Source: Geotalea daltonii FRC-32
Lineage (GTDB): Bacteria; Desulfobacterota; Desulfuromonadia; Geobacterales; Geobacteraceae
DNA: 32,000 nt
Direction of reading: 5' to 3'
Assembly: GCF_000022265.1 (NCBI RefSeq)
Contig: NC_011979.1
Span: 540,001-572,000, forward strand
Below, in pieces: positions 1 through 8,908 of the stretch (position 1 is the first letter of the stretch; every line of letters starts with the position of its first letter). The position numbers and the translations under genes are program-made. The notes beneath the pieces are model-generated. The model saw nothing but the letters and a program-made list of their open reading frames with translations, was not told the DNA's origin and made no database searches.

Positions 1-103
1 GCATGGCGCCTTTGGCAATGGTCAATGACGATACTTTTGGCAAGATGACTGTTCAAAAAGTCGAAGAGATCATCGCGGACTACAGCCAGAGGCCGATGAA
101 ATA
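1..103 (+). CDS. nuoE: NADH-quinone oxidoreductase subunit E, C-terminal fragment (5' end lies outside the window)
   Basis: Frame 2 reads MAPLAMVNDDTFGKMTVQKVEEIIADYSQRPMK, ending at stop TAG 101-103. It resembles the tail of 24-kDa/NuoE subunits and sits 35 nt upstream of nuoF. Confidence 0.55.
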
Positions 104-138
104 GTAGCTCTATAATTTCCAGTAGGGGATCATTTTTT

Positions 139-1920
139 ATGAGCGAAAATGAAGCAATAAAGATTCTGATCTGTCAAGGTACTGGTGGTATTTCAGCCGG
201 CGCAAAAAAGGTAGAGCAGGAATTTACAAAGCTGATAGAGGAAAAGGGGATCAATGCCGTCATTGGCAAGCGTTGCGATGTCATCAAGACAGGATGTCGT
301 GGCCTCTGCGCCAATGATGTTCTCGTTGACATCATAACCCCCGAGCTGGGCCGGGTTACATATGACTTCGTCGTTCCCGAGGATGTCGCAGCCATTCTTG
401 ATGAGCATATTGTCAAGAGTACCCCGATCGAAAAGAAGAAAGCGAAGCCATATTACAATACATTCGTCGATCAGCAGATGCGAGTCGTCATGTCCGGGTG
501 CGGCCAGATCGACCCAGACAGCCTGCAGGCGTATCTTGAAGAAGATGGTTTTAAAGCCATCGAGAAGTGCATCAAGACCATGAAGCCAGCTGAGGTGATT
601 GACGAGGTAAAAAAATCCGGTCTCCGTGGCCGTGGGGGTGGTGGTTTTCCTACTGGCATGAAATGGTCTTTCTGCGCAGCGTCCCCAGGCGACAAGAAAT
701 ATCTCATCTGCAACGCTGACGAAGGTGACCCAGGTGCCTTCATGGACCGCTCCGTGCTGGAAGGTGATCCATTCTGTATCATCGAAGGCATGATGGTTGC
801 CGCCTATGCCATTGGCTGCTACTACGGCTATGTTTATGTTCGAGCAGAATATCCACTGGCTATACAGCGCCTTCAGCATGCCATCGATATTTGCTATGAG
901 AAGGGCTGGCTCGGCAAGAACATTCAAGGTTGGGGCTTCGACTTCGACATGCGCATCAAAATGGGAGCAGGTGCTTTTGTTTGTGGTGAAGAAACTGCCC
1001 TGATGGCCTCCATTGAAGGCGAGCGCGGCATGCCCCGGCCACGTCCACCGTTCCCAGCCGTTAAAGGCCTCTGGGGCAAGCCGACCAACATCAACAACGT
1101 CGAGACGTTTGCCAACGTCCGTCATATCATCAATAAAGGCGCCGATTGGTATGCCTCCTTGGGCACCGATACCACTAAAGGCACCAAGATCTTTGCCGTA
1201 ACCGGCAAAGTGAAACATACCGGCCTCGTGGAAGTTCCTGCAGGCATGTCGGTGCGCCAGGTTATTTATGACGTCTGCGGCGGCATAGCCAACAACAGGA
1301 AATTCAAAGCCGTCCAGGCCGGTGGTCCTTCCGGTGGCTGTATTCCTGCTGAAGTACTGGATACACCCGTCGACTACGATTCGCTTATCAAGGCAGGCGC
1401 CATGATGGGGTCCGGTGGTCTGGTCGTCATGGACGAAACCACCTGCATGGTGGACGTGGCCCGCTTCTTCCTCAGCTTCACCAGGATGGAGTCATGCGGT
1501 AAATGCGTTCCCTGCCGAATCGGTCTGAAGGCCATGCTTGACGTCCTGGAGCGTATCACTGAGGGTCGTGGCCAGGCGTCAGATATCGACACGCTTTTGG
1601 AGATGGGAGCCACCATCAAGAAGGCCTCGCTGTGTGGCCTGGGGCAGACTGCACCCAATCCGATTCTGTCCACGATCAAGTATTTCCGCCATGAGTACGA
1701 GGCCCATATCAATGACAAGCGGTGCCCCTCCAACTGCTGCAAGGAATTGCTCCTTTGGCAGGTTGTCGAGGAAAAATGCGTCAAGTGTGGTGCTTGTCTC
1801 AAAGCCTGTCCTTCCAATGCAATCATCTGGGAGAAAGGTCAAATTGCCTACCTGGATAAGGAAAAGTGCACCAAATGCAAGTCCTGCTATGACGCATGCC
1901 GTTTCATGGCCATTGAGTAG
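139..1920 (+). CDS. nuoF: NADH-quinone oxidoreductase subunit F (51-kDa type) with an extra N-terminal thioredoxin-like ferredoxin module and a C-terminal 2x[4Fe-4S] ferredoxin module
   Basis: 593-aa ORF with an AGGGGA RBS about 10 nt upstream. It has the FMN/NADH site GLRGRGGGGFPTG and N3-cluster Cys motifs ESCGKCVPCR and SLCGLG. The C-terminus carries CVKCGACLKAC and CTKCKSCYDAC. Confidence 0.92.
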   Translation: MSENEAIKILICQGTGGISAGAKKVEQEFTKLIEEKGINAVIGKRCDVIKTGCRGLCANDVLVDIITPELGRVTYDFVVPEDVAAILDEHIVKSTPIEKKKAKPYYNTFVDQQMRVVMSGCGQIDPDSLQAYLEEDGFKAIEKCIKTMKPAEVIDEVKKSGLRGRGGGGFPTGMKWSFCAASPGDKKYLICNADEGDPGAFMDRSVLEGDPFCIIEGMMVAAYAIGCYYGYVYVRAEYPLAIQRLQHAIDICYEKGWLGKNIQGWGFDFDMRIKMGAGAFVCGEETALMASIEGERGMPRPRPPFPAVKGLWGKPTNINNVETFANVRHIINKGADWYASLGTDTTKGTKIFAVTGKVKHTGLVEVPAGMSVRQVIYDVCGGIANNRKFKAVQAGGPSGGCIPAEVLDTPVDYDSLIKAGAMMGSGGLVVMDETTCMVDVARFFLSFTRMESCGKCVPCRIGLKAMLDVLERITEGRGQASDIDTLLEMGATIKKASLCGLGQTAPNPILSTIKYFRHEYEAHINDKRCPSNCCKELLLWQVVEEKCVKCGACLKACPSNAIIWEKGQIAYLDKEKCTKCKSCYDACRFMAIE

Positions 1921-1962
1921 CTGATCATCAAGTATACATCCGAGGGAGAACAGAGGGTCGAG

Positions 1963-4449
1963 ATGGTTAATCTTACAATCGATGATAAAAAGGTAACTGT
2001 ACCTAAAGACGCTACCATTTATGATGCGGCCAAGGCAGCCGGTATAAGAATTCCCATTCTTTGTCACGATAAGAAACTGCATCCGTTTGGCGGCTGTCGG
2101 ATGTGTCTTGTCGAAGTAGAGCAGATGAAAGGTCGTCTCATACCTGCTTGTACCACACCGGTTACCGAAGGTATGACTGTCAGGACGACGAATCCTGAGA
2201 TCGTCAACGCCAGAAAACTTGTATTGGAGCTCCTCCTCCTCAAACATCCTGTTGACTGCCCGGTTTGCGATGCAGCCGGTGATTGCGATCTGCAGAACCT
2301 GACCTATGAATACCAAGTAAATACCAATCAATTCACTGACGAAAAATTCAATCACAAGATAGACTACGAGAATCCGCTCATCGAGCGGGATATGAACCGT
2401 TGCATACATTGCGGTAAATGTGCACGTATCTGTGACGAAATAGTTTCTTTCGGTGCCTATACATTTATAAACCGCGGAATAGAGGCCAAAATGGGCACCG
2501 AATTCGACGGCCCTCTTAACTGCGAGTTTTGCGGATCATGCGTGTCCGTTTGTCCGGTAGGGGCTCTCGTCTCTCGTCCCTTCAAATTCAAGGCTCGCTG
2601 GTGGTCCTTGAACAAGGTCAAATCTGTCTGCTCATACTGCGGCACCGGCTGTCAGCTCACATTGGGAGTGAAGGATGATAAGGTCCTAACAACTGTCTAT
2701 GATGAAAACCAGGGGTTCCATAACGGCCAGCTCTGTACCAGAGGGCGCTTCGGTTATCAGTTTGTCAACAGTGAGAAGCGTCTTGCTACTCCGCTGATCA
2801 GAAGAAACGGCAAACTTGAGCCGGCAAGTTGGGGCGAGGCATTGACTGCCGTTGCCGAGGGGCTGAAATCAGCAGAGGCTTCAGGAAGCGATGCTGTGGC
2901 AGGTTTGATCACGCCGCGCCTTACCAACGAGGAACTTTATCTGGTAAGGAAGCTCTATAAAGATGTTCTTGGTTCAGATAATCTCGACCATTCTGCAGGC
3001 TATGCCCATAGCGCCCTGAGTGCCGGAGCATTCGAAAGTCTCGGCTTTGCTGCTTCTCCTTCAACGGTTACCGATATCCAGAAGAGCGACCTTATTCTGG
3101 TCGTCAAGACCGATGCTTATGAAACCCATCCTGTGCTCGGTTTTGAGATCAATCTCGGCGTCAAGCGGAACGGCGTTGATCTGCGCATCATCTCGGACAA
3201 GAAGGGTAAACTTTCCAGGCTCCCCAAGGCAAAGACCTATGTGTACAAGCCTGGCAACGAGGTATTTCTTGTAAACGCACTGGCTAAGGCGATAGTCGAT
3301 AATAATCTGATTGACGCCGCAGCATCAGGCATTGCTGGTCTTGAAGATTTCAAAAAGTCATTGGAATCCTATACCCCCCTTCAGGCTGCCGAAGTGTGCG
3401 GCATACCCGCCGAGGAAATTGTCGCCCTTGCCACAGATTATGCCAAGGCTGACAAGGCGCTGATTATTCTTCCTCTTGGCCTTGGCTATCCGGGACATGA
3501 CAAGACACTTGCACAGGCACTCATAAATCTCGCACTCGTTGCTGGAAAGATTGGCAAGGAAGGTTCGGGCGTCCTGATAATGGGTGAGAAAAACAACAGC
3601 CAGGGTGCTGTTGACATGGGTATCTATCCCGCAGGCAAGGGAAAAGGTGCATCCGCCATCATCGATGCCTGCTCTGCTGGTACTATCAAGGCACTTTATG
3701 TAATAGGTGAAAACCCTGTCGTCTCTTATCCGAACCGGAAGAAAATAACCGATGCACTCGACAAAGTCGGATTTCTCGTGGTGCAGGACCTTTTTCTAAC
3801 TGAAACCGCCGAGAAAGCCAATGTTGTTCTGCCCGCCTGTTCCTTTGCCGAAAAGCAGGGAACCTTCACCAGCGTCGGCAGAATTGTTCAGCATGTTCAA
3901 AAAGCCATCAAGCCGGTAGGCCAGAGCCGCAGCGACTTTGATATCCTGAATGGCTTGAGCGGCCTGTTGGGAGGCGCTACTTTCAGTGACCCCGGGAAGG
4001 TCTTTGCTGAAATCGCCAGGGAAGTTAACGGCTACGCCGGTCTGTCATACGAAAAGCTTGGCCAGGAGGGTGCACTTATTCCTGTTACCACCAGGCCCAA
4101 ATTTGTGCCGGCTCCAGCACGGCAGAGCATAGCGGAGGCTGGCAAGTATGCGCTGGTTACAGGAAGCGCTCTTTACCATTGCGGTACGATGTCCCGTTTT
4201 GGCGAGGGCCCAATGCATGTCTGCCCCGAGGGTTACGCAGAACTCAGTAGAGAGGACGCTGCTGCACTGAAAATTGAAGAGAACGACCTGGTAAAGGTCG
4301 CCTCTGCAGGGGCTGAAATCCAGCTGAAGGCAAAGATCAGCATGCGGATGCCGAAAGGGGTGGTCTTTGCTCCCTACCACTTCAATGAACAGTCCATCAA
4401 TACCATAACCGATGGCAATCCAGTTACCTGGGTAGCTATCCGCAAATAA
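1963..4449 (+). CDS. nuoG: NADH-quinone oxidoreductase subunit G (75-kDa type)
   Basis: 828-aa ORF with N-terminal 2Fe-2S motif CHDKKLHPFGGCRMC. It also carries HPVDCPVCDAAGDC, CIHCGKCARIC and CEFCGSCVSVCP, followed by a molybdopterin-oxidoreductase-like domain starting CSYCGTGC. Position in the operon fits. Confidence 0.92.
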   Translation: MVNLTIDDKKVTVPKDATIYDAAKAAGIRIPILCHDKKLHPFGGCRMCLVEVEQMKGRLIPACTTPVTEGMTVRTTNPEIVNARKLVLELLLLKHPVDCPVCDAAGDCDLQNLTYEYQVNTNQFTDEKFNHKIDYENPLIERDMNRCIHCGKCARICDEIVSFGAYTFINRGIEAKMGTEFDGPLNCEFCGSCVSVCPVGALVSRPFKFKARWWSLNKVKSVCSYCGTGCQLTLGVKDDKVLTTVYDENQGFHNGQLCTRGRFGYQFVNSEKRLATPLIRRNGKLEPASWGEALTAVAEGLKSAEASGSDAVAGLITPRLTNEELYLVRKLYKDVLGSDNLDHSAGYAHSALSAGAFESLGFAASPSTVTDIQKSDLILVVKTDAYETHPVLGFEINLGVKRNGVDLRIISDKKGKLSRLPKAKTYVYKPGNEVFLVNALAKAIVDNNLIDAAASGIAGLEDFKKSLESYTPLQAAEVCGIPAEEIVALATDYAKADKALIILPLGLGYPGHDKTLAQALINLALVAGKIGKEGSGVLIMGEKNNSQGAVDMGIYPAGKGKGASAIIDACSAGTIKALYVIGENPVVSYPNRKKITDALDKVGFLVVQDLFLTETAEKANVVLPACSFAEKQGTFTSVGRIVQHVQKAIKPVGQSRSDFDILNGLSGLLGGATFSDPGKVFAEIAREVNGYAGLSYEKLGQEGALIPVTTRPKFVPAPARQSIAEAGKYALVTGSALYHCGTMSRFGEGPMHVCPEGYAELSREDAAALKIEENDLVKVASAGAEIQLKAKISMRMPKGVVFAPYHFNEQSINTITDGNPVTWVAIRK

Positions 4450-4497
4450 TTCTGTAACTTAAAAAGCTAATTTTACTAAAGAGGGGAAGACAATCAG

Positions 4498-5544
4498 ATG
4501 GATACGCTAATCTTAGGACTGCCAGTTGCGTACTACATAGCAATGATTGCCAAAGTGCTCGTAGCCTTTGTCTTTGTGTTATTGACGGTTGCATATGCCA
4601 CTTACGCGGAAAGAAAAATCATCGGCCATATGCAGGTGCGTCTCGGTCCCATGAGGACAGGCTGGCACGGATTGCTCCAGCCTATTGCCGATGGGTTGAA
4701 GCTTTTCTTCAAGGAAGAGGTCATTCCGGCGCAATCGAGCAAGTTTGCCTTCCTTTTGGCTCCTCTTGTAGCTCTTATCCCGGCATTTATCGCATTTGCA
4801 GTTATTCCTTTCGGGGAGACGATCGAGGTTGCCGGTTATAAAGTTCCCCTGCAGATTGCTGCCGTCTATGACCCTGCTGGTGACAGGATTCTCGATGTCA
4901 ATGTGGGTGTGCTCTATATCCTTGGTATGGCTTCCCTGGGTGTTTACGGGGTCGTTCTGGCAGGATGGTCGTCAAACAGCAAATACTCTCTGCTGGGAGG
5001 ACTCAGGGCTTCAGCGCAAATGGTGTCTTATGAACTGGCTGCAGGACTGGCAATCGTTGCCGTCTTCATGCTCTCCGAGTCACTTTCTCTGCAGAAGATA
5101 GTTGCAGATCAAGCAGGTTTTGCCTGGTATGCTTTCAAGCAACCGCTTGCCTTCGTCATCTTTTTTATCTGCTCTCTTGCTGAAATCAACCGTACCCCAT
5201 TCGACCTCCCCGAGGCTGAAACAGAGCTTGTCTCCGGATTTATCACCGAATATTCAAGCATGAAATACGCGATGTTCTTTATGGCTGAATATGCAAACAT
5301 GGTAACTGTCTGTGCCGTTACGACCACCCTGTTTTTGGGCGGCTGGCACGGTCCTGCATTCCTTCCGGGCTGGGTCTGGTTCATTGCCAAGGTTTATTTC
5401 CTGATTTTCGTCTGCATGTGGATCAGGGCAACCTACCCCAGATATCGTTATGACCAGCTTATGAGACTCGGCTGGAAGGTGTTCCTGCCCTTGACTCTGC
5501 TCAATGTAGTGGTTACAGGAATTGTCGTTACGCTTTTAAAATAG
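4498..5544 (+). CDS. nuoH: NADH-quinone oxidoreductase subunit H
   Basis: 348-aa polytopic membrane ORF with a GAGGGGAAG RBS. It shows typical ND1/NuoH strings ERKIIGHMQVRLGP and NRTPFDLPEAETELVSGF. Confidence 0.93.
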   Translation: MDTLILGLPVAYYIAMIAKVLVAFVFVLLTVAYATYAERKIIGHMQVRLGPMRTGWHGLLQPIADGLKLFFKEEVIPAQSSKFAFLLAPLVALIPAFIAFAVIPFGETIEVAGYKVPLQIAAVYDPAGDRILDVNVGVLYILGMASLGVYGVVLAGWSSNSKYSLLGGLRASAQMVSYELAAGLAIVAVFMLSESLSLQKIVADQAGFAWYAFKQPLAFVIFFICSLAEINRTPFDLPEAETELVSGFITEYSSMKYAMFFMAEYANMVTVCAVTTTLFLGGWHGPAFLPGWVWFIAKVYFLIFVCMWIRATYPRYRYDQLMRLGWKVFLPLTLLNVVVTGIVVTLLK

Positions 5545-5572
5545 AATCAAATTTACAGGCGAGGTATCACCC

Positions 5573-5971
5573 ATGATAATGCCGTTGCTTAAAGGTTTAG
5601 GGATCACACTAAGTCATCTTTTCAAGAAGCCGGTTACTCTTCAATATCCGGACGAGAGGCCGGAGGTAGCTCCTACATTCAGAGGCCTTCATGCCCTTAA
5701 TATTTCTCATGACAAGGCGAAATGTGTTGCCTGCTACCTTTGTCCCACTGTCTGCCCGGCTAAGTGCATCAAAGTCGAAGCGGGTGAAGATGAAAATCAC
5801 AACAAGTACGCTGCTGAGTATGAGATTGACATGCTGCGTTGCATATTCTGTGGCTTCTGTGTTGAGGCATGTCCTGTGGATGCAGTGCGCATGACAGAGG
5901 CTTTTGAACTTGCCAACTATACACGGGCTGATTTTGTTTTTTCAAAAGAAAGACTTTTAGAAAAGAAATAA
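5573..5971 (+). CDS. nuoI: NADH-quinone oxidoreductase subunit I (2x[4Fe-4S])
   Basis: 132-aa ORF with two CxxCxxCxxxCP motifs (CVACYLCPTVCP and CIFCGFCVEACP). Position in the operon fits. Confidence 0.92.
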   Translation: MIMPLLKGLGITLSHLFKKPVTLQYPDERPEVAPTFRGLHALNISHDKAKCVACYLCPTVCPAKCIKVEAGEDENHNKYAAEYEIDMLRCIFCGFCVEACPVDAVRMTEAFELANYTRADFVFSKERLLEKK

Positions 5972-5982
5972 AGGAGCAGTCA

Positions 5983-6489
5983 ATGCTAGAGTCGTTATTC
6001 TTCCTCATAGTGGCAGCGGTGGCTGTCATATCCAGCATTCTGGTGATTACCTGCAGAAACCCGATAAACAGTGCTCTATCACTGGTAATGACTTTTTTCT
6101 GTCTTGCCACCTTCTATGTGATGCTTGATGCTCCCTTTATGGCGGCCATACAGGTTATTGTCTACGCCGGTGCCATCATGGTTCTGATTGTCTTTGTCAT
6201 AATGCTTCTCAATATCAGAACTGAAACTGGCAGGAAAACCACTCATGCAGTCTTGGCTGGCAGTATAGTAGGCCTGCTTATTCTGTTCCAGACCTGCTAC
6301 TTCCTCACGAAAGGTTCCATGACCGGCTTAACAGGTGCGATGGATACAGCACTGATCGAGAAAGTAGGACATGTTGAATTAATCGGCAAGGCACTTTACA
6401 CGGACTTCCTGCTGCCTTTTGAGATAACTTCTCTGCTTCTGCTTGTTGCTATTATCGGGGCAGTCATCCTATCTAAAAGAAAAATCTAA
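5983..6489 (+). CDS. nuoJ: NADH-quinone oxidoreductase subunit J
   Basis: 168-aa hydrophobic ORF with an AAAGGAG RBS. It has an ND6-like segment [19 protein letters not shown] and sits between nuoI and nuoK. Confidence 0.88.
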   Translation: MLESLFFLIVAAVAVISSILVITCRNPINSALSLVMTFFCLATFYVMLDAPFMAAIQVIVYAGAIMVLIVFVIMLLNIRTETGRKTTHAVLAGSIVGLLILFQTCYFLTKGSMTGLTGAMDTALIEKVGHVELIGKALYTDFLLPFEITSLLLLVAIIGAVILSKRKI

Positions 6490-6508
6490 AATTATCGGGG
6501 TGAAGACA

Positions 6509-6811
6509 ATGCTGGCCTTAAACAACTATCTCATCATAAGCGCAATTCTGTTCTCAATAGGCACCATAGGGGTACTTGTCAGGAGAAACGCCATCGTTAT
6601 TTTCATGTGCGTGGAGATGATGCTGAATGCAGTGAATCTTACCTTTATTGCCTTCTCCAAATACCTTGGCAACATTGACGGCCAGATTTTCGTCTTTTTC
6701 GTCATGACTGTTGCCGCTGCCGAGGCGGCAGTCGGTCTTGCTCTGATGATAGCCTTCTTTAAAAACAGGGAATCCATCGACGTTGAAGATGTCAACATCA
6801 TGAAATGGTAA
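6509..6811 (+). CDS. nuoK: NADH-quinone oxidoreductase subunit K
   Basis: The ORF track opens at 6443, but that start would overlap nuoJ. ATG 6509 gives a 100-aa, 3-TM protein, [30 protein letters not shown]...[12 protein letters not shown], typical of ND4L/NuoK. Confidence 0.88.
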   Translation: MLALNNYLIISAILFSIGTIGVLVRRNAIVIFMCVEMMLNAVNLTFIAFSKYLGNIDGQIFVFFVMTVAAAEAAVGLALMIAFFKNRESIDVEDVNIMKW

Positions 6812-6856
6812 TAACTTCGACAAATTTCAGGAATTTATCAGATAAAGGAGTCAGGA

Positions 6857-8863
6857 ATGTTTGAATACGTATGGTTGATCCCACTGTTCCCACTCATCGG
6901 GGTGGTAATCAACGGCCTATTCGGCAAATCAATAAAGAATGAGAAGATTATAGGCGGGATCGGATCGGCAATGGTCTTTGGTTCTTTCCTGGTTTCCTGC
7001 AGCATACTGTTCAAACTGCTGTCTCTACCCAGTGAAGAGCGCCTTTATGAGCTAAACGTCTTTACCTGGATGCAATCGGGTAATTTCAAAGCAGATATCG
7101 GCTTCCTGATCGACCCCCTGTCAGCTCTGATGATCATGGTCGTCACCGGCGTCGGCTTTCTCATCCATTTATATTCCATCGGCTACATGCATGGTGAGGA
7201 AGGCTTTTACCGTTACTTCACCTATCTCAATCTCTTCACCTTTTCAATGCTTCTTCTTGTCCTCGGCAACAACCTGCTGCTGATGTTCGTAGGTTGGGAA
7301 GGGGTTGGTCTTTGCTCTTACCTGCTCATTGGGTACTATTTCCACAAAAAATCCGCTGGGGATGCAGGGAAAAAAGCTTTTGTGATGAACAGGGTTGGGG
7401 ACTTCGGCTTCCTGCTGGGGGTGTTCACATTGTTCTGGTTTTTAGGCCAGAACCATAATATCTGGACCATCAACTTCGTGGAGTTGGGTAAGGCATCCCA
7501 CCTGCTGCCGGTTGGCGGCATTGTTACCATCATTACTCTCTGCTTTTTCCTTGGCGCCACAGGTAAATCGGCCCAAATACCTCTTTACACCTGGCTGCCT
7601 GATGCCATGGAAGGCCCTACGCCGGTATCGGCCCTCATTCATGCTGCTACAATGGTTACCGCCGGTGTTTATATGATCGGCCGCATGAACTTCATCTTCA
7701 TCAAAGCTCCTGAAACAATGCTGGTAATTGCCTGTATCGGTGCAGCCACCGCGATTTTCGCTGCAACGATCGGCACTGCCCAGAACGACATCAAACGGGT
7801 TCTTGCATATTCTACAGTTTCTCAGCTGGGCTTCATGTTTCTGGCAATGGGGGTTGGTGCCTTCGCAGCCGGTGTATTCCACCTCATGACCCATGCATTC
7901 TTCAAGGCCTGTCTGTTCCTTGGTTCAGGCTCGGTTATTCACTCCATGCATCACGCTTTACATCATGCACATTCCCACGATGACGCCCAGGACATGCGCA
8001 ATATGGGCGGGCTGAAATCAAAAATGCCGATTACTTTTATCACCTTTCTTGTTTCGACCATTGCCATAGCTGGTATCCCCGGCTTCTCAGGCTTTTTCTC
8101 GAAAGACGAGATTCTTTGGCAGGCATTCGCTAACCCGTTTCATGGCAGCCTCAACTATGTTCTTTGGGGAACGGGGGCAATAGCCGCAGGCTTCACTGCA
8201 TTTTATATGTTCCGACTGGTTTTTATGACCTTCTTCGGTGAGTGTCGCATTACTGCCAAGGCAAAAGATCATCTCCACGAGTCGCCTTTTGTTATCACGC
8301 TTCCTCTGATGGTTTTGGGCACGCTTGCTGTGATTGGCGGCTATGTGGGTATCCCGAAACTGATCGGCGACGTTCTTGGAGGCATACCCAATTACTTCGA
8401 GCACTACCTTGAGCCGGTCTTCAAAATTTCGGAAGAGTTTGCCAAGGAGCATGTACACGCTGCAGCCCATCACAGCCACGCCCTGGAGTGGGGTCTAATG
8501 GGCACCTCGGTATTGATTGCCGTTATTGGTATCAGCATAGCTTACGCTCTCTATATAATCTCGCCGTCAATACCGGCCAAATTTACGGCTGCCTTTCCCG
8601 GTCTGCACAAGGCAGTTTATAACAAATGGTACATAGACGAGCTTTATGACTTCCTTTTTGTCAATCCCTGCAAGGCCCTCGGCCACTTTCTCTGGAAAGG
8701 ATTCGATGTGCTGGTGGTAGACGGGATTGTCAATGGCGTGGCCAAGGTGACCATGGGGTTCAGCGGTGTTCTCAGACATGTTCAGTCAGGCTTTGTGCAC
8801 AATTACGCTTTGACCATGGCACTGGGTATGGTTGTGATCGTCGGTTTCTACCTATTCCGTTAA
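6857..8863 (+). CDS. nuoL: NADH-quinone oxidoreductase subunit L
   Basis: 668-aa polytopic ORF with an AAAGGAG RBS. It has antiporter-like motifs WEGVGLCSYLLIGYY and TWLPDAMEGPTPVSALIHAATMVTAG and a long C-terminal extension. Confidence 0.93.
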   Translation: MFEYVWLIPLFPLIGVVINGLFGKSIKNEKIIGGIGSAMVFGSFLVSCSILFKLLSLPSEERLYELNVFTWMQSGNFKADIGFLIDPLSALMIMVVTGVGFLIHLYSIGYMHGEEGFYRYFTYLNLFTFSMLLLVLGNNLLLMFVGWEGVGLCSYLLIGYYFHKKSAGDAGKKAFVMNRVGDFGFLLGVFTLFWFLGQNHNIWTINFVELGKASHLLPVGGIVTIITLCFFLGATGKSAQIPLYTWLPDAMEGPTPVSALIHAATMVTAGVYMIGRMNFIFIKAPETMLVIACIGAATAIFAATIGTAQNDIKRVLAYSTVSQLGFMFLAMGVGAFAAGVFHLMTHAFFKACLFLGSGSVIHSMHHALHHAHSHDDAQDMRNMGGLKSKMPITFITFLVSTIAIAGIPGFSGFFSKDEILWQAFANPFHGSLNYVLWGTGAIAAGFTAFYMFRLVFMTFFGECRITAKAKDHLHESPFVITLPLMVLGTLAVIGGYVGIPKLIGDVLGGIPNYFEHYLEPVFKISEEFAKEHVHAAAHHSHALEWGLMGTSVLIAVIGISIAYALYIISPSIPAKFTAAFPGLHKAVYNKWYIDELYDFLFVNPCKALGHFLWKGFDVLVVDGIVNGVAKVTMGFSGVLRHVQSGFVHNYALTMALGMVVIVGFYLFR

Positions 8864-8908
8864 GAATTAATTCAGATAATTTTTGCCAGATTTAAAGGAG
8901 CAGAGTAA

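Noticed and set aside
193-2409. Minus-strand ORFs of 341 aa (193-1218) and 276 aa (1579-2409) opposite nuoF/nuoG. Similar ORFs of 245-256 aa lie at 15635-16405, 24818-25588 and 31233-31970.
   Set aside because: All are antisense to genes with diagnostic motifs, and none shows a motif, signal peptide or RBS of its own. I treat them as shadow ORFs.
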